The translations under genes and the position numbers were made by a program. DNA of 64,000 nucleotides. Source: Patescibacteria group bacterium. GTDB taxonomy: Bacteria > Patescibacteriota > JAQUNI01. Of this stretch, positions 1 through 9,028 are shown piece after piece (position 1 is the first letter of the stretch; each line of letters begins with the position of its first letter). Location of the stretch: the NCBI GenBank assembly GCA_028717685.1, contig JAQUNI010000001.1, forward strand, positions 335,451 to 399,450, read 5' to 3'. The notes beneath the pieces are model-generated. The model made no database searches, was not told where the DNA came from, and worked only from the letters and a program-made list of their open reading frames with translations.

Positions 1-83
1 CCAGGACCAAGAATTTCCAGGATAGACTCCTCTTTTTGAGCAGGAGGAGTATTTTGGTTGACTTTATTTTTATTGTTGAACAT
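1..83 (-). CDS. 5' end of a gene running off the window; probable VirB4/TraC-like ATPase (partial)
   Basis: ATG at 83 gives MFNNKNKVNQNTPPAQKEESILEILGP..., open to the window edge. The product is inferred only from its position after the PrgI and TraC-like genes. Confidence 0.4.
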   Translation of the reverse strand, partial: MFNNKNKVNQNTPPAQKEESILEILGP

Positions 84-90
84 CAAAACA

Positions 91-206
91 AATTAAAAAT
101 GAAAAATGAAAAATTTAAAATTACAATTTAAAATGTAAAAAGAATTGGCTTGAAAGATTTTTAATTTTGCATTGTGGTTTTTCATTTTGCATTTTGCATT
201 TTTAAT
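91..206. repeat. AT-rich heptamer-periodic imperfect palindrome (AAAAATG...CATTTTG)
   Basis: Left arm aattaaaaatgaaaaatgaaaaattt and right arm ttttcattttgcattttgcatttttaatt are inverted. Confidence 0.8.
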
Positions 207-959
207 TTATACCACATTCAACTGCTTAATGTCGGTCATCGGCTGATTTTTGGAAGTCGCGGGATTATAAATATTATAAAATAGCTCAATCAATTCTTGG
301 GTGTTCAGGCGCACGCTTTTCAATCCCATGGCATTCAGAAGCCCCTCCACTCGCGCCACGCGTTGATTCAATAAACTATTATATTTTTGAAATTGCTTCT
401 CATTCTGGCTGATCACCTCCGCGGGACGCAATAAATTTCTCATTCTTGCCATCACACCCAATTCTCTCGCTTCCGTAAAGGCGTAAGGAATCACAATGTA
501 AAAACGTTTCCGCATAATCTTTCCCCACTCTACCAGATTGCTCACATATTCCCGATATTCAATGGTCTGAATACGCAAAAGTTCATTAGTCTGCTTTTTC
601 TCTAATTCTTCCAAACTTTTTAGATAACTTTCAATATTGAGTTCCCTGGACTGAATCACAAACTGCATTGGAAAATCTAAAGAGTTGAGAAAATTCTGGT
701 AACCATAAATAACGGAATTTTGTTCTTCCACGCTCTTTAAGGAAAAATTTAAGCTGGAAACCATCAAAATCGCGCGCAAGGTGCCATCCCGCAAAACCAC
801 GGTATTGTCTCTGACACCCGTAATATCTAAAAACTGCTGGGTGGATTTCTTGGTTTTTGCCTTCGCCAGTTTGGGCGAATGAAGGTTCTCTCTCTTATTT
901 TGCGGCTCTTTATTGCCACTTGCAAGGTTCTCTTTTGGATCTTTGTTTTTTGAAAACAT
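207..959 (-). CDS. TraC/VirB4 N-terminal-like protein of the CPR conjugation-like cluster
   Basis: 250 aa; motifs STQQFLDI, SSLNFSLKSVEEQ, FLNSLDFPMQFVIQSR and RLNTQELIELFYNIYNP; lies directly after PrgI. Confidence 0.7.
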   Translation of the reverse strand: MFSKNKDPKENLASGNKEPQNKRENLHSPKLAKAKTKKSTQQFLDITGVRDNTVVLRDGTLRAILMVSSLNFSLKSVEEQNSVIYGYQNFLNSLDFPMQFVIQSRELNIESYLKSLEELEKKQTNELLRIQTIEYREYVSNLVEWGKIMRKRFYIVIPYAFTEARELGVMARMRNLLRPAEVISQNEKQFQKYNSLLNQRVARVEGLLNAMGLKSVRLNTQELIELFYNIYNPATSKNQPMTDIKQLNVV

Positions 960-960
960 G

Positions 961-1166
961 AAAGCTTAAAACTTAAAAAGTAAAGCGTAAATAAAAATTT
1001 AAAGCTTGGTGATGAAAATTTTGTAACTTGTAACTTGAAACTTGTAACACAAGGGATGGAATACTTGAGTTACAGGTTATAAGTTGTAAGTTATAAGTTG
1101 TAAAAAATATGGTTTTACATTTTGCGCTGCTGTTTCGCATTTTTATTTTACTCTTTTACGCTTTCA
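961..1166. repeat. Nested heptamer palindromes with an inner TTGTAAC/GTTACAA element (1021-1103)
   Basis: Inner ttgtaacttgtaacttgaaacttgtaac...gttacaggttataagttgtaag sits inside a degenerate outer pair of arms. Confidence 0.75.
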
Positions 1167-1574
1167 TTACGATGTCTCTAGCGCCTTCTCAATATGAGAT
1201 AAACTGCCACGTTTCATATGGGCCTTGACTACCTCTCTTTTCTCCGCGCCTTCGGCAAACGAAACCTTGATCGTATTCTTAGCGGTTAACTTGCCTGTTT
1301 CGCGGCGCCAAATCCGGATCGGAGGCTTTAAATAGAAACCAAAAACAGCTAAAACAAAATAAATAAACGGCCGATCATTGACTTTTATAAACGCGAAAGC
1401 GGAAGTGATCGCGAGGGTCGGAATGGTTATGACAATAAAGAGAGATAAATCAAAGAAAAACCAATAAATCAATTCCACGGCGGCGGCGGCGAGAAAATAA
1501 AGAAACTGCTTAATGGTGAGGGGTCCCACCACCTTGTCTTCTATGTCAATAAATTGGGGAACAGTAGCTTGCAT
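1167..1574 (-). CDS. PrgI family protein
   Basis: 135 aa; VPQFIDIEDKVVGPLTIKQF motif, two TM helices, then NDRPF. Confidence 0.85.
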   Translation of the reverse strand: MQATVPQFIDIEDKVVGPLTIKQFLYFLAAAAVELIYWFFFDLSLFIVITIPTLAITSAFAFIKVNDRPFIYFVLAVFGFYLKPPIRIWRRETGKLTAKNTIKVSFAEGAEKREVVKAHMKRGSLSHIEKALETS

Positions 1575-1611
1575 AAAAACAAATTAAAAATGAAAAATGA
1601 AAAATCACAAT

Positions 1612-3063
1612 TTAGTATTGAAATTTTCTGCTCGCGTCGGCAATAGCGTTGAATTCCTCTTCGGTCAAATAAGGCTCTCCTTGCATCATCCTCCTTTTGG
1701 CAATCTCCGTGATCGTCTTGCCTTGAGCAATGCTTTCGCCGCCGATCATAATATATAATTTATAAGGCCCCGAGCCTCGCCAAGCCTCTATACTCTGAAA
1801 TCGGGCAAGTTCGCTCTTACCCACCAAACTATTCACCTGCGCGACGAGACGACTTGACGCTTCGCTGGGCTGACGAATTTTAAAATTCTCCAAACCCAAA
1901 TTTTTAAGGTCGTTAACACTCTTGATTGCCTCAATGGCAAGCCCGGCATTTTGCTTTTCTCCCGCGGCAGAATGAGATTCTAATTTCCGCAAAACATCAG
2001 TAACGACCGTCTTCTTCCCTTCCGGCAGAGAAAACATGGGGGAAGGAACGTCACTCCCCCTGCTCGCCTCGCTAACGCTCTCGCCTCGCTGACGCTCTAG
2101 CGTAGCGGGTTGGCGTAGCGAGCCCGAGGGGGAGGGAGCGGCGCTCACCTCGCGTGAAGACTGTCCAAAAATCGGCGCGGGAGCTTCTATTCTAGAAATA
2201 TCTTTCTTGTCTTGCAAAGGAGCGGACTCTATCAGATGTTTGCTATCTAACGGGGTAAAAATTTTATCCACTGGAAAACCCTGCACATCGGGAGGAACAA
2301 CGGGGAATATAGGTGACTCCTCCCACGCCAAATTTTTGGCAGGAGAGGGCGGAGCTTCTTTTTCCTCTAGAACAGAGGACTTGGTCTCTTCTTCCCGGGC
2401 TCTAAAATCAACATCCTGCTGCGAATTATTCTTCTGGCTATTCTGATACTTGCTCAGAAAATCCGCTTGCCCTTCTTCGGGAAACTCTTCTTTCAAAAGT
2501 TGGGTGATTTGAGCCGCTTCCGCCTGTGAAAGTCCTGCCCCTCCCCGCTCCTCGGGCCGGGTTAGGGCGTCTTCGGTTTCTAATTCGTCCCGAATATCCT
2601 TAATATAAATAAGAATACTGCCTTCAAGACGCGATTTCTGCAAAGGAGACAATTTCAACTTTAAATCGCTCAAAACGCTATCCACAAAATCCCTGATCGC
2701 CCCCGCGCCCAATTTTAACAGGGTTGATTTTTCGGCGGCGGTCTTGGATTCTGGCAAGCCCTCTGGAGGGACGGGAACTTCGCGATCCAAGGCTTGTTTT
2801 TTTTGCTCTGAAGGAATATTGATTACTTTCTCTATAGCCCGGCTTAAATCAACACTTTCCTCAAGCGGCAGATTCAGGTTAATTCTTAGAACGCGCGGCA
2901 GATCAGAATTTTTAATCTCCCCGCTCGCGAGCTTCCCTAAAATTCTCGCTTGCAATCTTCTATCTTTTTCCGAGAGACGAAAAGCATCGCCTATCTTCGC
3001 GAGGCGCGAGGCTGTTTCACGGGAAGAGAGAAGGGTATTAAGATTTTGAGGGAAATTGGTCAT
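1612..3063 (-). CDS. Hypothetical protein (CPR-type) with in-frame palindromic insertions
   Basis: 483-aa ORF; GGAGLS and C-terminal WRGSGPYKLY...LTEEEFNAIAD segments; repeat-derived peptide at 2053-2140. Confidence 0.75.
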   Translation of the reverse strand: MTNFPQNLNTLLSSRETASRLAKIGDAFRLSEKDRRLQARILGKLASGEIKNSDLPRVLRINLNLPLEESVDLSRAIEKVINIPSEQKKQALDREVPVPPEGLPESKTAAEKSTLLKLGAGAIRDFVDSVLSDLKLKLSPLQKSRLEGSILIYIKDIRDELETEDALTRPEERGGAGLSQAEAAQITQLLKEEFPEEGQADFLSKYQNSQKNNSQQDVDFRAREEETKSSVLEEKEAPPSPAKNLAWEESPIFPVVPPDVQGFPVDKIFTPLDSKHLIESAPLQDKKDISRIEAPAPIFGQSSREVSAAPSPSGSLRQPATLERQRGESVSEASRGSDVPSPMFSLPEGKKTVVTDVLRKLESHSAAGEKQNAGLAIEAIKSVNDLKNLGLENFKIRQPSEASSRLVAQVNSLVGKSELARFQSIEAWRGSGPYKLYIMIGGESIAQGKTITEIAKRRMMQGEPYLTEEEFNAIADASRKFQY

Positions 3064-3622
3064 TTTAGTTCAAAGTTCAAAGTCAAAAGCCAAACTGAAG
3101 ATTGAAAATGACAATTTTTAATTTTTAATTTTTAACTAATTCTTAATGTATTAATTTTTATTGTTTTGTATTATGGAGATTATCTTAGAAAACATTTTAG
3201 CGTACCCTTGGACTTCTTGCCACAATTGATGGCACTCTTCTTTTACGCTCTCATCGGCTTGAGCAAGCATTCTTAGCCAGTGCATTTGTTTCTTTGGCTT
3301 CTTTCTTACAAATATGGATTTTATTCTTAAAATCCTTCCTTGAAGAAGCTCCGTTAGCTTCCATATAATTTGCCCCTATTGAGGTGCCTGAACGAATTAA
3401 TTGATTTATCAACGGCGAGGCAATGGGATTCTTGCAAGCTTTCTTTGATAAAATAATAATTTCTTCACCCAAACGCTCAAATTTCTCTTCTAAATCATAA
3501 TTAACATCATCTTTAGTTTTCTGCATGCAATAATTCGTTAATTCAACAAAAATTAGTTAAAAATTAAGAAATAAAAATTAAAAATTGTCTTTAAACTTTG
3601 AATTTTGAACTTTTAACTGAAT
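3064..3622. mobile_element. Heptamer-repeat inverted arms (two nested pairs) bracketing the four-helix-bundle gene
   Basis: Inner arms gacaatttttaatttttaatttttaactaatt / aattagttaaaaattaagaaataaaaattaaaaattgtc; outer arms ttagttcaaagttcaaag / ctttgaattttgaacttttaactga. Mobility is inferred. Confidence 0.6.
3151..3526 (-). pseudogene. Four-helix-bundle protein (TIGR02436 / 23S rRNA IVS-type, Avd-like), frameshifted
   Basis: QLIRSGTSIGANYMEA...SRKDFKNKIHICKKEAKET motif. Removing one A near 3286 restores ETMHWLRMLAQADESVKEECHQLWQEVQGYAKMFSKII to a TAA at 3151 (124 aa). Confidence 0.85.
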
Positions 3623-3623
3623 T

Positions 3624-5018
3624 TTATTCCGCCCAAAATGGGCTATTTACAATATAGCTTCTTACTTCCGGCGATAATTGGTTAAAGTTCTGACGGATAA
3701 TTTGCCGCAATCGCCCTTCTTCAACAGGATCTCCTTTTTGCGCCGCGGCTTCTAAAATAGAAATCGTAATTTCTGAATTTGAGGTATCCACTAACTTTTC
3801 GCTCTGAACAAAATTTTTGTTCAGCAATGGAGAGGAAAATCCATCCCCCTTTTGGAAAGGAGAGTTGGGGGCGGGAGTAACACTCCCCCTGCCCGAGGGG
3901 GAGATGGAGGGGGTGGGAGGTTCCGGCATTCTCTGTGATAATAAATCCGTAGGCTCATTTGGAACAGATGTTTGAGACGGCAATGGCTCTTCTCTTCCGG
4001 CAAATGCCGCGGGTCTTTTAATCTCCTCTGTTGTGGGCGGAGCAAATGACGCGGGCTGCTTTGAAACGGCTCCGGCGGTATAGGGAGAAGAGGCGGCACT
4101 CCCTCTGTCTTGAGGGGGGAGAAAGACACTCCCCCTGCTCGCCTCGCTAAAGCTCCGGCGTAGCGGGCCCGAGGGGGAGGCGGAGGGGGAGGGAGTCTCC
4201 GCGGCTAAAGGCGCCCTGTTTTGCGCTTGGGGAAATCTCGTTTCTCCGTTCGCGGGTCGAATATCCCGTAAATCCTGCGGACCTTGATAACCTTGAGGCG
4301 GTCGGTTCGCTCCTTCCGACGCAGTTTGAGCCAAGGCTTGACCCAATCTCACCTGCTTTCTTTCTTCTATACTCACTCCCTGTTCTTGCGTCATTTCCAT
4401 CTCCGCCATTACTCCCAAAGGCTGCAACGCATTATAAAGCTTTAAAAGCTTTGCCAAAATTATTTTATCCCCTTCTGCTAGCTTTTGAACCTCTGTGTTC
4501 TTATTTAAAAAATCCCTTTCCTCAAGCTCTAAAAGCTGCGGCCGACCCGGATAGCTGTGGATAAAGAGGGCGAGCCACTCGCCAATCGTTAAAGAACCTA
4601 TTTTTTGTCTGTTATCGCGCAAGGCTTGCACCAATTTTTTACAAAGCTCTTCCCGTGGTCCAGTCGGGTTGACCCAAAGTAAAGCTTCCAAACGACCCAA
4701 TACAATCTCCTCATCCAAAGGCAAAACCTCTTTAATCTCGCCTTGAAACAATTGAATAATCTCACTGTCCCTCTGCGCCGGCAAACTGACATAATTAACT
4801 AGAGTCGCCCATTTTTTTAGTTGACCTAAAATTTCCGGCTTCGCGCTAAGCTCTCTTCTTTGTAGGACTTCTTTAAACTCTCTGGACAATTTAAAAGCTT
4901 CCTTATCTTCGCAAAAATAAATAATTTCCCCGACCTGCCGGTTCACTTCCTGCAAAACCTCTGGCCGCGTTATCTCTTCTGAATTAAGAGTGTTTAAATC
5001 TCGCATAGATATTATCAT
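3624..5018 (-). CDS. Hypothetical protein with a Pro/Ser-rich, partly repeat-derived C-terminal half
   Basis: 464-aa ORF in the same operon; GC palindromes in frame at about 3845-3915 and 4098-4197. Confidence 0.75.
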   Translation of the reverse strand: MIISMRDLNTLNSEEITRPEVLQEVNRQVGEIIYFCEDKEAFKLSREFKEVLQRRELSAKPEILGQLKKWATLVNYVSLPAQRDSEIIQLFQGEIKEVLPLDEEIVLGRLEALLWVNPTGPREELCKKLVQALRDNRQKIGSLTIGEWLALFIHSYPGRPQLLELEERDFLNKNTEVQKLAEGDKIILAKLLKLYNALQPLGVMAEMEMTQEQGVSIEERKQVRLGQALAQTASEGANRPPQGYQGPQDLRDIRPANGETRFPQAQNRAPLAAETPSPSASPSGPLRRSFSEASRGSVFLPPQDRGSAASSPYTAGAVSKQPASFAPPTTEEIKRPAAFAGREEPLPSQTSVPNEPTDLLSQRMPEPPTPSISPSGRGSVTPAPNSPFQKGDGFSSPLLNKNFVQSEKLVDTSNSEITISILEAAAQKGDPVEEGRLRQIIRQNFNQLSPEVRSYIVNSPFWAE

Positions 5019-5053
5019 TATTGTCTATTTCGTAATTAAAGATCATTTCCAAT

Positions 5054-8000
5054 TTAAATTCCGCCCCCCATATTCAGCCGATCTTCGTCCTGACGTAATG
5101 TCTCCGCTCTAGAACTCTCTCCTACTGCATCTCTATCTCTACCTCTACGATCACCAGCACCAGCTATTGATCCTCCCTCACCGCCTGTCTGGCCTACTTT
5201 ATCAAAAAGTTTCTTTAGAATTCTTCTCATATCCTGCGCCTTATCCCTTCTCACCTTGGCAGCCCCTTCCTTCCCCTTCTTTTCTAACCTTTCAGCTTCC
5301 TTCTCCATCTCATCAGTGATACCCAAAAGATCCTTCTGGTTCTCTATATATCTTAAGGATTCAATTAGGCGCGGCTGGGCCCAGCTGCCCAATCTATCTA
5401 CATCTTCATCGGTCAAAGGTTCAACCTGCCCCCTACTGCCAGGAGTAAGACCTAAATATTTAGCCCCAGGCGGCGCATTGGCATATTTTATCTGATCTTC
5501 TTTGGACATATCACTAATACTCATATCGCGGAAGAGGAGACCGGGGTGCCACCTTTTTTGATAAGTGCTTCTCTTTGCTTGTTCAGAGCTAATAATTCTT
5601 GTCCGATTTTGATTATAAGTATCCACGACTGTAGCGACCCCTTCGCGCAATTTCTCATCGGCGATAAGAAAGTTCCCTTTTTTGTCTTTTCTTTTTAAAA
5701 TCTCTTCTTTGGAGTAACCAAAATTGTCCAGCATTAAGTTAGACAGTTTTTCAAAAGAAGTATCCACTCCCTCGACTTTTAATTTTTCCGCCTTTTTGCG
5801 CAAATATTTTTGAAACACAGCCGTCTTCTCTAAAAAAGTTACCTGCCCTGTTGCATTTTCCCCTTCTGCTAATTCAATCTTCTGCAGATCTTCATCATCT
5901 TCAGCCGTGTTAAGAGAGCGATTATCAGCCTCATCAAACGTGGTGGAATAAGAGAATTGAGGATAAGTTTGCTTCATTGCTTCAGCAATATCATTCGCGA
6001 ACATCGAGGCACGATCCGAATCCCCGAAGAGCCTTCTTAAGACCGCCGTATCTGAACCCATCACCGCCTTTCCTCCGGAAAACTTCCGCGCGTACTCCGA
6101 ACCCTTCAAAAGATCGTTAATATCACCTCGAGATAAAATTACCTCCAAAAGCCCCTGGACTTCGGCGGTCAAAGCCTGATCTGAACCAAGCCAACCCTTG
6201 CCTTCCATCTCTTTCAATAACTCGTCCAAACGGGTATAAAGAGCTTCTGTTTGAACATCGCTTTCATTAAGAGAGCTTGCCACTTCTTTCACTGCCGCTC
6301 TCTCCGCGCCGCGAGCATAAAGCTTCTCCCGCTCATAACCCGGACCCTTTTTCTGAAAAAAAGCATGCCAGCCGGCAAGCCTCGGTTGCAGTTCTGTAAT
6401 CCGTGGACCATAAATTTCTTTCTCTCGCCGTTTGCGCCGTGCCTCTGTTACCGCCTTCCACACCTTAGGGCTAACCCATTTCAAATACTTCCCTGCTCTG
6501 CTTTCCATCGCCTTGCCCCAACCATACTTTCCTAAAGCCTTAGCTCCCGCCGCCGCGGGTTTACCCATTGTCAGCCATTCTGACCCTGTTTTCCATAATT
6601 TATTCGCGCCTTGCAGAATTCCGGAAGCGCCCATAACGCTCGCTTTGCGCGCCACATAAAGACCCGCCATCATAAAAGCCACAGCGAAAAGAAGCTTCAT
6701 AAAAACTTGGGGAGAAGCGCCTTGCGCCGGCAATCGCCTTAAAGCCTCGCCTTCTGACAATAAACTCTCTAATGTTCCGGCTTTAGATTTAAAATGAGCG
6801 TCTAAATCCGCGCTTAAAACAATCACCGATAAAGTAATGCAAAAAATCATCACCGGCGCGAAGAAAGCGGTGCGCAAAAAAGTATTCCAAAAGCCAGAGA
6901 CGATTTTCTTCTGCCCGACCGCCATCGCGAGGTAAATCAAAGGTGAAATCGCGGTCATTAAAAGCAGAACCACAATCCGGACAGCCAAAAGGAGCGCGGT
7001 CGCACCATAAACAATTACCGCCGACAGCATATAAAGAATCATTAAAATCTGGGCTCCCAAGACAGAGGCGAGAGTAGTAAAATCAGTGGAGCCGGCAAGC
7101 CTGTCCACGCCAAAAAGGCCTCCAAGACCCGCGGCTCCGAAAAGCGCCTTAATCGGAGCAATCTTATTCGGATTGAGATTCAAGAAAATATCCGACAAAA
7201 TTTGTGAGAAATCAACCGCCACGCCGCAAAGCACCTTGGAAAAATTGATTAAAACCACGCCCGCTAAAAAACCAGGCAGCATTTTCTTTAAACTGCGCTC
7301 CTGAATGCCCAAGACCGTGCAAAAGGCGATATAAAGCAGAACGACGATAAAGAACATATTGGAAAAATCGCGCAAGAACCGCCAGACTAAATCCACAATC
7401 CCAAAATCAATTTGGCTGAAATTAAGCACCCACTCCAAGAAGGCGAAAATAAGAAACAAAAGACCCTGCAAAACACCACAGACGACAAGAGCAATAATGC
7501 CAAAAACCACAGAGACCACCAGCCCAATGGAATTGTTAAAAATTTTCCACGCGACCTGGCTTACTAAACTTCCTGCATTGCAATCATATAAAGGTTGAAT
7601 ATTATTCTTAAAGTCATCAAGGTTATTCTGATATTCTGGGATTTGACCAATATAAAAATTTTCTCCTCTACCCGAATTTACATCCCGCTCCATAAAACAC
7701 GAAGCCGGATCAATAGTATCCCGTGGAGAAGCGCAGTAAGCCTTCTCTCCTATATTAATCTGATAACCTGCGGTTCCTACTGTATAGTTGATTGGTATAG
7801 TTACCACAAAAGCGGGAAGCTCGCGCTCTATTTTAGGAGTGCAGGGTTTTTTGGAATCCAAACAAACCTGGGGCAATATTTGCCCGCCTTTTTCATAGAC
7901 CCCCTTTCCCCCGCCGCAAGCATTGGCTATGGTTGCGCAGGTAAAAACAACAGCAGTTTGAGTACTGGAAACCGAAGAGGGAATCTCTGCACAAAATGCT

Positions 8001-8425
8001 GGCGCCTTACAACCCACTTTTCCTGAATTAAAAAGAAATTGATATGACTTCGCTTTGTCAGCGGCTGGAATTAGGTTGATATCAAGAAGAGAAGGAGAAA
8101 AAAGACTGAAGTTAAATTTTTTTTCTCCAGCATTTCCATAACCATTGCACTTCTCACAATCATCTGTACCTACTATACATAGGTTATTGTCTACGCTTGC
8201 ACAGTAATTTTCTTGTACCTGTGTAATACCACTAGTATAAATACTAGAAGCGCAGGCTTTATTTTGATTAGTCTCACATGCCGTCTCTCCCTTTGTCAGT
8301 GGATCGTTAGCACCATCACATGGCACCATTTCGGCCTGCGCTGTCCCAGATCTGCTAAACAATCCCAAGCCCGCGAGGCAGAGAAGAATCAATATTTTCC
8401 AAAAATTTTTGGTTTTAATTTGCAT
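5054..8425 (-). CDS. Large polytopic membrane protein, VirB6/TrbL-like, with a Cys-rich extracellular N-terminus
   Basis: Signal peptide from ATG 8425 (MQIKTKNFWKILILL...AQA); many Cys; W-RDFSNMFFI-LLYIAF-T-L and LINFSK-LC---VD segments; about 8 TM helices. The ORF track starts at 8509, inside a repeat. Confidence 0.7.
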   Translation of the reverse strand: MQIKTKNFWKILILLCLAGLGLFSRSGTAQAEMVPCDGANDPLTKGETACETNQNKACASSIYTSGITQVQENYCASVDNNLCIVGTDDCEKCNGYGNAGEKKFNFSLFSPSLLDINLIPAADKAKSYQFLFNSGKVGCKAPAFCAEIPSSVSSTQTAVVFTCATIANACGGGKGVYEKGGQILPQVCLDSKKPCTPKIERELPAFVVTIPINYTVGTAGYQINIGEKAYCASPRDTIDPASCFMERDVNSGRGENFYIGQIPEYQNNLDDFKNNIQPLYDCNAGSLVSQVAWKIFNNSIGLVVSVVFGIIALVVCGVLQGLLFLIFAFLEWVLNFSQIDFGIVDLVWRFLRDFSNMFFIVVLLYIAFCTVLGIQERSLKKMLPGFLAGVVLINFSKVLCGVAVDFSQILSDIFLNLNPNKIAPIKALFGAAGLGGLFGVDRLAGSTDFTTLASVLGAQILMILYMLSAVIVYGATALLLAVRIVVLLLMTAISPLIYLAMAVGQKKIVSGFWNTFLRTAFFAPVMIFCITLSVIVLSADLDAHFKSKAGTLESLLSEGEALRRLPAQGASPQVFMKLLFAVAFMMAGLYVARKASVMGASGILQGANKLWKTGSEWLTMGKPAAAGAKALGKYGWGKAMESRAGKYLKWVSPKVWKAVTEARRKRREKEIYGPRITELQPRLAGWHAFFQKKGPGYEREKLYARGAERAAVKEVASSLNESDVQTEALYTRLDELLKEMEGKGWLGSDQALTAEVQGLLEVILSRGDINDLLKGSEYARKFSGGKAVMGSDTAVLRRLFGDSDRASMFANDIAEAMKQTYPQFSYSTTFDEADNRSLNTAEDDEDLQKIELAEGENATGQVTFLEKTAVFQKYLRKKAEKLKVEGVDTSFEKLSNLMLDNFGYSKEEILKRKDKKGNFLIADEKLREGVATVVDTYNQNRTRIISSEQAKRSTYQKRWHPGLLFRDMSISDMSKEDQIKYANAPPGAKYLGLTPGSRGQVEPLTDEDVDRLGSWAQPRLIESLRYIENQKDLLGITDEMEKEAERLEKKGKEGAAKVRRDKAQDMRRILKKLFDKVGQTGGEGGSIAGAGDRRGRDRDAVGESSRAETLRQDEDRLNMGGGI

Positions 8426-8454
8426 TTTGGCAATCCCCAAATGTGATTTAAGAT

Positions 8455-8500
8455 CGTTGGCTCCCCAGTACACTCTTAGGGCGGAACTATGGAGCCAACA
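8455..8500. repeat. GTTGGCTCC...GGAGCCAAC palindromic element
   Basis: gttggctccccagt...ggaactatggagccaac; relatives at 17982-18103, 18166-18200 and 36337-36378. Confidence 0.75.
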
Positions 8501-8729
8501 AGTTAACAATAACCCAAAATTCCCCTCCTAGTCGTTGAATTGAAAACTAAAAGGATTTTTCTTTTCCTTTTTATTTTGGATAATTCTTCTGGCTCTATAA
8601 TTTATTTTGCGCTTTTCGCTTTTAACTACGGCTTTTTATACTATACCACAAAAAAACAATCTCGTAAAAACGAGATTGTTAGTTATCCACATAAAATTTT
8701 GAATCCGAGCGTTGGCTCCACACAGACTT

Positions 8730-8962
8730 AGACCCCTCCCACCCTCCCCTTGGTAAGGGGAGGTGAAATGCGCTCCCCCTGCTTTCCAAGGGGGGAGAAA
8801 GATTCTCACTCCCCCTGCCAGGGGGGAGGCGGAGGGGGAGGAAGCTTCAGAACCCCACCTAACCTCCCCTTTGAAAGGGGAGGTTAATGCACACTCCCCC
8901 TGCCCGAGGGGGAGATGCCTGCCCGCCATCGCTTCGCTTCAGGCGAGGCGGGGGGGAGGGAG
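8730..8962. repeat. Cluster of about six GC-rich CTCCCC...GGGGAG hairpins (REP-like)
   Basis: cctccccttggtaaggggagg, ctccccctgccagggggggag, cctcccctttgaaaggggagg, ctccccctgcccgagggggag and others. Confidence 0.85.
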
Positions 8963-8979
8963 TAAAAAGACGCGAAAAT

Positions 8980-9017
8980 AAAAAACCCAGTATATACTCT
9001 TGAAGTATTATACTGGG
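8980..9017 (-). terminator. Intrinsic terminator of FGE lipoprotein 1, identical to 18225-18261
   Basis: Minus strand reads CCCAGTATA...TATACTGGG followed by TTTTTT. Confidence 0.7.
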
Positions 9018-9028
9018 ATTGAGAAATT

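Noticed and set aside
8683-8691. Isolated perfect DnaA box as an origin
   Set aside because: A single 9-mer is expected by chance in AT-rich DNA.
8730-8962. CRISPR array
   Set aside because: The hairpins vary in sequence and spacing, there is no constant direct repeat with unique spacers, and no cas genes are present.
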